Assembly: GCF_009834535.1 (NCBI RefSeq)
Contig: NC_045707.1
Span: 59,522,001 to 59,586,000 of the forward strand
Source: Camelus ferus
Taxonomy: Eukaryota
DNA: 64,000 nt
Direction: 5' to 3'
Shown piece by piece: positions 13,150-25,099 of the stretch. The first letter of the stretch is position 1. The number at the start of each line of letters is the position of its first letter. The position numbers were made by a program, and so were the translations under genes. Under the pieces are notes generated by a model. The model made no database searches. It was not told the origin of the DNA and saw nothing but the letters and a program-made list of their open reading frames with translations.

Positions 13150-13644
13150 GCTAGAGTCCTGGAAAATACAAAATGTTCCTGAGTACAGGTATGATGGTCA
13201 AATATATTATCATTAGCAGCACTCAGTTTTTTTTAAATTGTCTTTTAAAAAATACTTATCTAAGAATGTACATACACACACTTACATACATATGTACATA
13301 TATTACTATTCATTTGTTGAATAAATGAGCACCTAGAAAAATATAAAAACACTAACACATGAGTGATAAGTGGGCAGGCAATGTGTCTATATTGTTCACC
13401 ACTGAACACAGTGCCTAGAATGTTGTTTGACCCATGGTTGGAACTCACCAAATATTTCTGAATACACACGTATATTCATACATGATTCAGCTCACGATCC
13501 CTCTTCTCTATTCTTTTGCCAGAATTCCTCATGCCTCCCGCAATTTCTACTATCTCCTATATGAGATCATACACTATGATTGTTAAGTTATTAATCATTA
13601 GGTTAATAATTACCAATGATATTAAATGTCATTATGATGGGGAT

Positions 13645-13860
13645 GATACATTTACTGAGCACTTACATTGTGACAGGCTTTGTGCTAAGTACAAGTTTGT
13701 GGGTTACTTCCTTCACCCCTAACAATTTCATGAAGATTCTGCAATTTTGTCTTTATTACAGAAAGGAATGTGGGTAACTTAAGCTCCCAGGGGTCCGCAG
13801 ATAGCAAATGAGAGACAGAGACTTAATTTAGACACTCTGACTCCAGGGGGAACTCAACTA
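13645..13860 (-). mobile_element. MIR SINE
   Basis: Reads tttactgagcacttacattgtgacaggctttgtgctaag...ctctgactccag. Confidence 0.65.
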
Positions 13861-15074
13861 CTTCCTACCCAAATTAATGATCACCTGTCTCCCTAATGCT
13901 AGATCTTTAGAAACTGAGAGAAGGTGGCCACCGGGTGAGAATAAGGACATCAAAGCAGAGCTGTAAGTCTGATCAAAACCTCCTTTGTACTTTTTAAGGC
14001 CTTGTCATCATTCAGACAAGCTTTTGAAGAAAGAGGTCAGGAAGGGTTACTTGTACAGAAGAATGATTTCTGACACTGATCCTCTCAGATGCAAAGAACA
14101 GGTCAAACCCAGACTCACATGAAAAGTATAGATAAAGTTCATTGGGAAGCTTTTTCCTGCATTACAGAGCCTGGGATTTAAAGTCAGACCCATCTAATGT
14201 AATGTAAGTCTAGCCTTTCCTTCAGCTTATTACGATTGGGGCCATTTGGGATCAGTTTCCTCATCTGTAAAACGGGTATAAAAATACTCACCTCATAAGG
14301 GTTGGTGGGGGGGGTTGGGGTTAAAGGATTAATGTCCTTAAAGTACTTAACAAGAGTGAAGTAGGTAATAAGTTTTCAAAAGGGCAATTACAGTGATTAA
14401 GAGAAGTGGTTTTAACAGAATATCCTATTTCCTCCATTGGGGCTCATCCTGAGACTGAACTAAATATTCCCAAATGCCAAAACACGATTAACAGTTTTAT
14501 AATCACAACATTTTTGGAATGTAATAGGAAGCTGAAGACAAACAGGGGATAACAAAAAAAAATTTAAATACCACCGAAAGAGAATAAATAGATTGAAACT
14601 CTCAAATCTAAAAAGATTTTCCCTCAAGTTAGATTGGAGGTGCATAATTGAAGAATGCCAGAAAATATGTGTTCCTCAAAGCAGTTACAGGCAGCTTTGA
14701 CAAGTCAAAAAAAAAAAAAAAAAATCAAGCAGCTCAGCAGAACTCCTCCTGTCTCCTTCCCACGTCCTTCACTACAAAATCTGTTACTGAAGAAGCATGT
14801 GAAAATCACTCTGAAAAACACAGGGCCCATGTGTTTCTCTAAACTAACAATAGGAAAATTTAATGGATTATAATGAAGAGATTTTACAGAAATTTTGTAT
14901 ACTTCTCATGAATGAGCAGAAGAGAGGGCTAAAATACCCCCAAATAACTTCAGGTTTCTCACATTTTTTATAACTTTATTAATGAAGCCAAATTCCCTTC
15001 TTACAGCTAATGCATCCTTGTAGACACCTCTGTTTACACAATTCTGTTAGAGACCAGGGCTCAGGGCCACTTAC

Positions 15075-15458
15075 CCACTGTTGATGTCATCAGTCCTGAG
15101 ACTTTTCCCAAGGATATCTCCATCACTCATATATCCACCAACATCAACTTCAGAAGACACGTCCAGGTCACTGCTTGCTTTCTCAGTCATGTCCATCTGT
15201 GACATGTTTCCCAGCCGAGAGACAGCAGCTCGACGGAGAGGCGTGGTATACATGAACCTCGAGGGGTCTGTGTGAATGAAGCGACTGGTACCGCTGCGGG
15301 GGTAGCCAGCACCCAGGGAGGGAGCATCTCCAGCCTGAAGTCGAGGACACGCCTGGCCCAACCTCCAGGTCATGGGAGTGGGTCGACCTGTCAAGTTGGG
15401 TATGGTCCTTCCATTCACTTCTGTCGTCACGGTGCTGTCAAATGTTGTCTCAAGGGTG
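15075..15458 (-). CDS. NAV3: NAV3 internal coding exon (~exon 11, 384 nt), (S)TLETTFDS...PRLQAGDAPS...GYMSDGDILGKSLRTDDINS(G)
   Basis: Acceptor tttatttgacag|C and donor GG|gtaagt. Phase 2-2. Lies within ORF 15071..15508. Contains the NAV motifs PRLQAGDAPS and GYMSD. Confidence 0.97.
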
Positions 15459-16158
15459 CTGTCAAATAAAATAGAGAAATCACTATACTCTGGTTTACGT
15501 GGGGCCATGAATGCATGAAGGCAGGAAAGCCTACACTTGAGAGTTACTTCTTAGAAGTATGCCCATTTTCATGAAAGTCAAATTATACATTCATTTTGAG
15601 ATTCTAAACATCTCTTCAGATATCAAAATGCAGGAAGGGACATTCATTCATCATTTAGTTTTGTTTTGTTTTGATTTGTTTTTATTTTCTTTTTTTGCTT
15701 TAAAAGAAAGGGCATCATTACATTTTAGATAAAACAAAATCCTGCTCCATGTTCTCAACCAACACTTAATTTAACCCTTTGTAGACTTCTGAGTATTATT
15801 TTGGAAGTTAACTAAACTTAGGTTTGAAAGACTCTCTACCAGCCCTCCTCAGATGCATTTTAACTACAACTTCTGCTACTGTTATATAAGGCAGGCAGAA
15901 AAATCCACTCAGCTGTGATGGTGTGGTTGCAGCAGCTAATTCAGACTGGATGGGAAATCATATTGAAGAAGAGATGAATGGGAGAAAAAAAATCACTAGG
16001 TATGTGCTGAGAAGTCACTGGTTGATTGTCATGTAAAATTTAAGTGAGAAAATAGTAAGAGAAAACAAAAATGTCTTATTTCTCATTATAAGAAGTTAAG
16101 TGCTTAATTATAATTTTTTTCCTTTTTTGTCCCAAAGTTATGCAGAAATGAGGAAGAC

Positions 16159-16267
16159 CTGTGGCTTATCTGGGTCCCACGAAGACTAGACATAGTCTCT
16201 TCCAAATTCTGCCTCAAATCTGCTATGTTTTTAACTGTTCTCATTCTTCTTGTTTCAGGGTCTTCAC
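16159..16267 (-). CDS. NAV3: NAV3 internal coding exon (~exon 10, 109 nt), (G)EDPETRRMRTVKNIADLRQNLEETMSSLRGTQISH(S), first coiled coil
   Basis: Acceptor tttttctag|GT and donor AG|gtcttc. Phase 1 to 2. Contains the NAV-conserved DLRQNLEETMSSLRG. Confidence 0.96.
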
Positions 16268-17135
16268 CTAGAAAAATAACATAATAATACATTGCTATTC
16301 ACGTCATTTACTATCCTGAGGATAATTATATACATATGTAAGTAATGCAAGTTCCTTTTCTTAAAAGTAAAATCATAGGCAGGAAATTCCAAATGATTAT
16401 TATCATCTGAAAATTATAATATTTTTTCCCACAAATAAAATGTGAATAGTGTAATGTTACAAGTAATAATCTGAAGTGATGAGAGTGCAATAATACTTTG
16501 TAGGTCTATGTCATTGAGAAATGAGAGTCATTTGGAAATAGGCTATACAGTGCTCCATGTTTCTGAGCGTAATTTAAAAATCTGAAATTAATTGGATCCT
16601 AATTATTTCCATAATTATCTGCTTCAAAGTGTACTCACAGTAACTGAGATAAACTTGACTTATGTAGCAAGTATATATTTGGACTCTGGGGAATAAGATA
16701 GAGAAAGTTTTTCTTATAGACGTAATATCTTTTATAGTCTTTTGTTTTATTGAACTCATGACCCAATATTCAGGTCACTGGATGGATTTATTTTTAATTA
16801 TTTCTCCACTTTCTACAGGGAATCAAAACATGCACATGTGACACTAGAGTTCCAGTGTGGTCCTAGGCATCTAAACCAGGAATGAATCTACGCATGAAAT
16901 AAATAGCTCTGCCAGGGTGACGAACATTGGCCTTACACAATCTCTATCTATCATTTGGGGGCACAGATGCCATTAAATCATTTGTCTATGGCTATGTAAA
17001 AATTCCCAGGCCAGTGGGCATTGAAGCTGGCGAATCCGGGTAATAAGAAGCACCTAGAAAGGGAGGAAAGGAAACATAGTCTTAATTCTGTTCAACTTGG
17101 GTTCAGGATGATGTCCAGTGATGAGAAATTTTAAT

Positions 17136-17290
17136 AAAAAGAAAGAAGGAAGAAAAGGAAGGAAGGGAAATAAACTGATGAAGGGGAGAGAAGATAGGAG
17201 ATGGAAAAGGAGGAAGAGAAAGGGAAGAGAAGGGAAGGGAAGGAAGGGAAAAGGGGTGGAAGGAAAACGAAAAAAGAAGGAAGAGTGAAG
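17136..17290. repeat. Polypurine (GA-rich) low-complexity tract
   Basis: About 150 nt of almost only G/A on the + strand. Confidence 0.9.
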
Positions 17291-17789
17291 GTCAAAGTAG
17301 CATATATTAAATTCCAGTATGAAAACTGTCACACAGACAAGTCAAGGTGCATGTCTACAATCTGTTTTAAGAGCACAGGTAGATATTCAACCTGTTCACT
17401 TTTCTTCCACAATATTCATGCCACATTTTTAAAACACACACACAAAAACACACCCGTTTAACATTTGTAATAGAATCCTAGAGTTGGTAGGGATTTCAGA
17501 GACTGTCTTGCCTCACCTCTCAGCCAGTGAGGAAAGAAATCTTGGTCTGACTAGGGAGGTGGCCATGTGTCTCTGCCTAAAGGCTCCAAGATCGAAAAGG
17601 CTTCCTCCTCTCCAGTAAGAGATGACTCTTTCCAATATTAGACTAATTAGGTCCAATTACAAAAACATTTCTGAGGGTGAGCAATCATTTGCCACCATTT
17701 AACTTCCACCCAGTGATTCCAATGGCTCTGAAACCAGTTGAACAACTTTATACCACTTTACCATGGCAGACATTTAATTTTAGCTTCTC

Positions 17790-17934
17790 TTTTTGGGGAG
17801 TGGGGGTAATTAGATTTATCTGTCTATCTGTCTGTCTGTCTGTCTATCTATTTTTTAATGGAGGTACTGGGGATTGAACCCAGGACCTCATTCACACTAA
17901 GCACGTGCTCTACCACTGAGTTACACCCTCCCCC
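17790..17934 (-). mobile_element. tRNA-derived SINE (Vic-1-like) with internal (TCTG/TCTA)n
   Basis: Minus strand reads GGGGGAGGGTGTAACTCAGTGGTAGAGCACGTGCTTAG...GGTCCTGGGTTCAATCCCCAGTACCTCCATTAAAA. Confidence 0.88.
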
Positions 17935-20900
17935 TACAGCCTCTCAAAAAGATAACTGCTAATTCCTTCTGCAGCCAAGCATGACTACAGTGTTCCTCAT
18001 TCTTCATCCTGGATGGTTGCTACTCTGCTGTCAGTCAGCAAATCTCTTCCTTTTAATTTACAACTTATTTGAATGATTGACATTTGCTTAATAACTGCAT
18101 TATTATTTCAAATTTACAAAGCATCGAAAAAACCTCCCTCAGTAAATATATTTTTAAGAATTAAAAAAGCCACATGCTGTAGACTTTCCCTACCCTAATT
18201 CAAGTCATACAATCTTTAACCTCACAGATTAACCTTATTTTAAAACTCAGAATTGTTAATAACCCTTAAGACTCTAATCATTTTTTTCTATGGAAAGTCT
18301 TCCATCCTTATAAATATAACAGAATATTTGAGAAATGGCTAGAAAGACGTTGACCTCTTACCTCTAAATAATCTGGTAGAGCCTTGAAGAAAAAGGGAGA
18401 TTCTGTAAGGAAATTCTTAAAGAGTAGGAAAAAGAAATATCATTACAGTCAAAGGAAAGGCAGAGGTGAAGAAGGGATTTTACTCAAAGTGGGCCAAAGA
18501 AACAGTGAGGATGAGACAAAACTGGAGAAGCACTAAAGCTAATATTCAGTGGTGTATCTGAGATTTCATACCACAGAGAAGCCAAAGATCCTAAGTAATG
18601 ATAGGAGATGAAAAATCTCAAAGGAGAAAGTGTTGAGATGAATTTTATTGGAGGTTAAGAAGGAATGCAAGCTGTTGACCTTACAGAAGTTCCTAAAATA
18701 CACCATCACATGTCCCCTGTCCCTGAGCCCCTTCCCCCTGGGAGAACTTTCACATTACAATCAAGCTGTATCTCAATCGCTTTCCAACTGCAAAATATTA
18801 GTAACACCGATGTTTGAATTACATTCAATGTCTTTTTTTTACATAACTTTAAGAACATTGTATTTTCAGCCATCCCATTTCACTAAGGTTTTTTTCACAT
18901 CTTCTTTATCTCCCTTTACAGTTCCTTCTTCCTATCCAACAGGCATCTTAGATCCTTGGATCATTCCAACTGAAGCCACTGTTTGTTTATACAGCTTCCC
19001 TCTTGACTCAGAACCACCACCCCATCCCTCCTTTGGTTTTTCTCCTCAGGACATCCACTCATGATACGGCACCACTCAGGACAATCAGACAAATGGACTT
19101 TTCCCTCCCAGCACTTAACGGAGCAAAACATAATTGTTGCTTCATTCGTGTCGTGAAAGATAATAACCAGATCAAAACTTACTGCAGGAAATGTTCTCAA
19201 TGACCCACAACAGGCAAGATAAAGTCAAATGCACTCACAAACCCCCTAAGAATGGCACAAGCCTGAAGTATCCTGTAAATTTGTATCCAGATGATGTCTA
19301 GAGAATTGGGGGTGGGGAGGGGATCGCAACTGAAAAGGTCAAATGGGAGAGCACAAATAACATTAAATATTTAGGAGCAAATGAAAGTTAGTAGAAAAAT
19401 GCACATGAGAAATTTATGTAGTCGCAAAAATGTTGTATCCCCTTTCACTTTTGTCATCTCAAAGCCAGCTATTATTCCTGAAGGAAGCCTCTTAGGTGTC
19501 AGAAAAAAAAAATTAATAAATAAAGGCTTACACACATTTTTCCAGAATGGCACCTTCTGCAATTCACTGTGAGTTTTTACCAGTGGTGCAAACTGCTTTC
19601 TTTTTGCTTGTAAGGTCTTCTCTATGAGCAGGGCTCAGAGGAACAGGCTCAATTTGGCGCTTCTGCGTTTTTCACTTAGTGGCAGACAGACAGACCATTT
19701 AATCTGTGTGGTCCTGCTCTTACGTTTTAGGCATTAATTACACACAGCGTAATTAACACTGTCAGCCCTGTCATCTTTTAAGAGGAAATCAAATTATATC
19801 TGAATGAACCTGATTCACAGAGAATTGTGTCCTCTACACCAGCTACACTACAAGTGTTATTTTTTAGACTACGGCTATCTGATTTATTTGGCGAAGTCAC
19901 CCTAACTTTGTGAGTGAGCTGGGTAGAAAAATTTTCCACTCATCTGGTTAAACCAGACAGTTTGGAGGGGGGGGGACAGCAAAATATGGCTAATAGCTTT
20001 ACAGCTACCTTTTAAATATTCTTCTATGTTGTGATAGCACAGACCCTAGTCAGCCTGATTTATTAGGATGTCCAAGATTAAAGAGTGAAACTTAAGAAAC
20101 CCTGCCTAAAAACTAACTTGGAAGAGGCCATTTTGAGTCAGAAGCAGAATCTGGTCAAGCACGTGGCAGAAATCCTGAAATTCCCGTGCGCTGTGGGCTT
20201 GGATGTAGTGACCATATTTACCAACTTAACATGCATCTTTATTTAGGGAACTGCGTTGCAAGGCTTCATTATCCTGATATGATTATTCATATCAGAGCCA
20301 TTTAAATAATCTCTTTCTCTTACTTTCTCACTTGCATTTTTGAATACTGGCATATGTGTGTGTGTGGGGGGAAGCCTTAAAGAGAATAATCCCATAAGTA
20401 CAACAAGCAGATGCTCAGTTTAAAAACCATGGACTACACAGACACCTATTGAGAGATTACCCTCTGACAGTAATGCTTCAAGTTATTTATGCACAAAAAG
20501 GTATGTGTCATATATACACCCGCCCACAGCATGCTATAATTTAGCAGAGCGACTAACACATGCTGTCAGGGGACTTCACTCTGGTCCTATCTTTGAAAAT
20601 ACTTACATAAGAGGTACTTAGAACAAGATAAATGCTACCCTTTTCAAGGCAAAGATGACTATTATTTGATTCTACTGTTCCAGAGGAGCAAGAGGGAAAA
20701 AAAGATTCTTAAGGATTAAGACTCTCTCGCTTGCCTTTGTACTGCATGCAGGCTTTTTACGAGAAGCAGTTCATCACAGAAATCACACAATGGTGAAGAA
20801 GTAAATCTTCAGCGTCTGAGCACTTGGTGTATTCAGATTCAGAAACCAGCTCTTCCCACAACTGTGCAAACATTACTCTTTTAAAGCCAAACTGACGTGA

Positions 20901-22027
20901 AAAATTGAGCAAGATTCTCCTCTGCTCTCGCTCTCTAAGCTTTCATCTTCTAAAGCTGGTTCACTAAGATTCCAGAAAATCTCCTAAAGCACCTTGTAAC
21001 AGGAGGGTCTACAGAGAGAATAAAAACAAACCTGCTATTTGGCATCAGTTGTATGAATCAGAAACAAAGAGATCACTGGTCCGGTTTAATTCTTTCGAAT
21101 TTAAGGAGCCCTATGTGAAGTCCTTTGTGGAAATAGCACCTTGACATAAAATAGGATGTGGTCAATGGTTTAAATGCTTATGAGTTTTGGGAAAAGGCAC
21201 CATTTGATACAAATATGCTTCAGCAGAGCACTGAATTGAGACTTAACTGTTAAAATGTCTACGGTTTAGCTATTTAGGCAAATAGCAAAACCGAAGGGTT
21301 ACTTCAGACATGGTCATGCCTGGTCCATCACAGAGTATGCCAGAAGTTACCGCCAAGAATCATGGCGTCAAAAAGGCCTAGTGTGTAAAGTACCACAACA
21401 GCTCACACTCATCTCCACAGTAACAGAAACAGTTGTAACACATACACACTCAGAAGTATTTTTTGCCAAATACTAAAAAAAAAAAATAATAGTGAGTCAA
21501 GCCCTGAGAAGAGGCCTCTGCATTTCTGGAAGAGTAACGAGAAAGCATGGTGCTCGTCACTGACATACCAGCCACGCCATCTACTCAGACAGCACTGAGG
21601 CAGCAGAAGAAACTCGGCTCTACAAAACAATGTGTCCATCCTTCATTCCAAATCTGTGCTGAGGTCACCTTGAGGGAAGTCCAATAAATTAGGCCCCGTT
21701 AATGATGAAGTGAAAAACACACTTGGACTTTTAAAAGGTTACCCATTATTTCCGGATGTCTGGAGCGCACTAGACTGCAGGCCAGTAACTCCCAGGGCGG
21801 GTTGCTGCTAGTGACTTTCTACATAGAGAAAAAAACTTTCTACTTTACAGCGGTTCTCATGGTTCAGTTTGACGAAGAAAAGAATTTCAGGAGACAAGGA
21901 ATCTTAAATTGTTTTGCATAACGATAGTTTTAAAAATATGAGTCAGAAGAACAGACGAAATTTGGTTCATGCAAAGGGGGCAGCTTCTTAAAACTCCATC
22001 CTCCTCCGAGAAGCAGCCCCGACTTAC

Positions 22028-22547
22028 CTATCAAGTCAGCGTAAAGCGCCTGTTCCAGGTCGCCCAGCATCGTCAGGATCACATCCTCGTCCAGGTGAGC
22101 AGTGCCTTCCCGCAGGCAGCTCTCTCCCTCCTCCTCCGCCCAGCTCCTGCTGATGCTGCCCGGCCTGGAGGACCCATTTTCGTCCTCGGATCGGCTATCT
22201 TCGTCACTCTCCCCTTCCAAGCCTTTTCTGCAAGTCCACTCCTCTAAGCCCTCGCTGCCTGAGTGGCTGGCAGGCAGAAGGCTCCAGGCCCCGGGGCCGC
22301 TGGTGTGGTACAGGGACTGCACGGACCGTGACACAAACCTGGACAGGGAGCGCCTCTCTGCATAGCTGGACTCCCTCTGGCTGGCCTTGGCGGCATTTCC
22401 AAACCAGTTGGAAATGCGCACAGTAGGTCGTCTCTCCCCCTCACTGCTGAGGGAAAGACTGGTCAGCGACTTTTGCTTCTGAAGGCAAGCTCCCGGTCGC
22501 CTTCCTTCTTTGCTCCGGAACACAGAGAGTTCGGCCGGCCGCTGCAT
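22028..22547 (-). CDS. NAV3: Putative alternative first coding exon of NAV3 (173 codons + 1 nt), similar to the NAV1 N-terminus; predicted to splice to the exon at 16267
   Basis: GCCATG start, in-frame upstream TGA at 22589-22587, and donor G|GTAAGT immediately after 22028 in phase 1, matching the next exon. Motifs AELSVFRS, LQKQKSLTSLS and LGDLEQ resemble the recalled NAV1 N-terminus. GC/CpG content is above the surrounding intron. Confidence 0.78.
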
Positions 22548-23480
22548 GGCTCTTCTTCCTGGCTTTTCTCCTTTTTCAACTGGAACTCATATTGCCTTTT
22601 TGCAACTGCACAACTGGCCCTTTGGGTTGTAATTGACACACGCACTTCAATAAAAGCTCAGGCAAGGCTCAAACATTCACACAGATTCTAGAGCAACAGC
22701 ACGACCAGGAGTCGCCCACAATTCAGCTTGCCCTGCTGCTCCCCTCCTCAGCAGTACTTACAAACATTTTGCTTGTATATATCGGAAGCAGAGAAGAGTT
22801 CACCAAAGACACCGCTCCAGAGGAAAAGTAGCACGGGAAACCAACTACGTTTTCCAGTCTTCATCCAATCACATGTCTCAGCAGGGCTATGGGTCCACAT
22901 TTCCCTCTACTGCTTCTATATTCCCAAATGTGAGGTAGTGAAGCACCAGCGATGTCTCTTGCTTTTCTTTTCTTTTTTTTCCCTGCCTCTTACGAGCCCA
23001 TCAATGATCTAAGTCTGCAGCCCTTTACTCTAGAGGAACTGACAGTGCAGCGTGTATAGCCTCCGCATCCAAGCCCCGTAAGAACAGAGATTAAGCACCA
23101 AAACCAGCCCTGTACGAGCCTATCGCGTTTTAGCATTCCACCTGCATCCCCAGATCTATGGCTCTTCCTCGCTGCTGCAGTGAAGGCTGCTGGCTGCCAT
23201 GGCAGCAAACATCCTGCTAAATTAAAACAGAGGCACGGAAGCGGCTGTCCAGCCTCGAATGCCACAGGTTTCAAAGCCAAGCCTGAATGAGATGCTACAC
23301 TGTTAACCCTATGCACGTTTAAATCACTCTCGGCCACCCTGCGTCGGATACGGACAGACACACACACACACACACACACACTCACTCTCTCACATACTAA
23401 ACACACACTCCACGACACTGAGAATGACAGACTAATTCTCTATCGCTGCAGGCAGCTGAAGCAGGCAGATCTGTCTTCTG
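22548..23480 (-). promoter_or_regulatory. Candidate internal promoter / 5'UTR for the alternative first exon
   Basis: No recognisable interspersed repeat and relatively CpG-rich. Contains TATATA at 22776-22782, CCAATCA at 22865-22871 and an (AC)n tract at 23358-23381. The TSS cannot be determined from sequence. Confidence 0.45.
23358..23381. repeat. (AC)n microsatellite
   Basis: About 12 AC units followed by degenerate CT/CA units. Confidence 0.95.
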
Positions 23481-24906
23481 AATGTTGGGATTTGTGCTGC
23501 AAAAGCACAAATCAAATTCAAGAGTGTAAAGGACCTAAAACACGGAGCATGACACTCTCCACCGGCTGACAGATAATGCTTTAAAGGGAAAGACTCCACC
23601 TCCCTCTTTGAAGAACAAATTCAAGGGCTTTTTATTCTGAAGATATGAGTACAATCCTAATGTGACAATAAAAATCAAAACATTTCTTCCTGTAAAACAA
23701 CAACAAAAACCTTGAAGGTGTTTTTGTTTTCTCTTTTGAGAAGGAATATTTTCTCTCAAGGCACATAGTTAAAAGCGGATGGCCAAGTGTGTAGATCAGG
23801 ATGTGACAAAAACCATCAACTGTACATTATGCTTTCTGACACTGAGCATTTGTCCTGGTCCAGTCCGTAAACCTATTGCTGTATCATCAGCTTTTAATTT
23901 TTTTTAATATTTTGATGAAAAGCAGAAAGCCAGGAAGATGAATGTCTTGTATTTATCTTGTACTGGTTGTAATCACCACCCTGAAATTCTGATTTTAGGA
24001 AAACTTTTAAAACACTTATCAAGTACAGTAGAAACCATGTACACCACTGAGAGGTGATGAAAAGAGTAACAGGGAAAAATTTCTGGTTTTCTGCCCATAA
24101 ACACTCCTTACTAAAAGGTGGAAGTGGAGTAATAGATCAAAAAATTTAATTGTGTCATTCAAATTGAGATAATTCCCTAGCATTTTCTGAGCTAATATGA
24201 GCAAATTAATTCTGCTTTTTCACCTCATATTGCTAACCTGAACTAGGGGAAATGCCAAACCTCCTAACTGTATAAATTAGCATTTTCATGTGCAAGGCTT
24301 ATACCTTTACATATGATAACCTACTTTGCCAAGTTAATTATTCCTTATGCCCAGGTTCAAGGGGGATCCATTTTACACAGCTACATAAAAGAGAATTCGA
24401 TGGAAAGAATAATTATTTGTGATGAAATATTTTTTGCAGTTAAACAAATGTGAATTATGAATACTGATTTTCAATTCTTCACTCTTCAAAAATAGTTTCT
24501 ATAAAATGTGCTTAAACAAAATGAGGGTACAAAGGCTGAACCACAGAAACTGACAATTAACCTTCCAAAAACATTATCTTATACAGTGCTTTTTAAAAGA
24601 CTAAAATGCCACTCCATTTTGGATTCCTAAGAAAAACATTTTTTTCCTTCCTTTGGAGTTATCGTGATCCAGTGAATCACCAGATTACGAGACTACAGTG
24701 AAATTGTTGAGGTTATAAAACTTTGATTTGCTTGACATGTATTACACTAAAGTACACATGTAGCATAAAGTCTTACAGGTTCAAAAAAAAGGTAATTCTT
24801 GTGCTTTAGGCATTAAAGGAGCTAACCTTGAGCATCTCTAAGTGAAAGCAATAATGATGCTTTCTTTATACAAGGGGACCTGTGTACCAATCAGCTCAGC
24901 TGAGAC

Positions 24907-25092
24907 CAGAGGTTCTCGAACTTCAGTGTTCAGAACCTCTCAGAGGGCTTATTACAACATAGCTCGCTGGGCCCCACCCCATCCCTACTCATGCAGTTGG
25001 TCTGAAAGGGGTGTGAGGCTTTGCATTTCTAACACATTCCCAGGTAAGGTAGATACTGCTAGCTCTAGAACCTCCACTTTGAGAACTTCTAG
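24907..25092. mobile_element. MER5A-like DNA transposon
   Basis: Termini cagaggttctcgaact ... actttgagaacttcta form an imperfect TIR. Internal gctgggccccaccc and tgcatttctaaca. Confidence 0.8.
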
Positions 25093-25099
25093 GCTGAGA

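Noticed and set aside
17054..17461. Phe/Pro-rich and Lys/Glu-rich ORFs
   Set aside because: Translation artefacts of the polypurine tract.
21930..22027. C-terminal 31 aa of the 205-aa ORF (KSGLLLGG...)
   Set aside because: It lies past the GTAAGT donor and the NAV1 similarity stops there, so it is intronic read-through rather than a single-exon gene.
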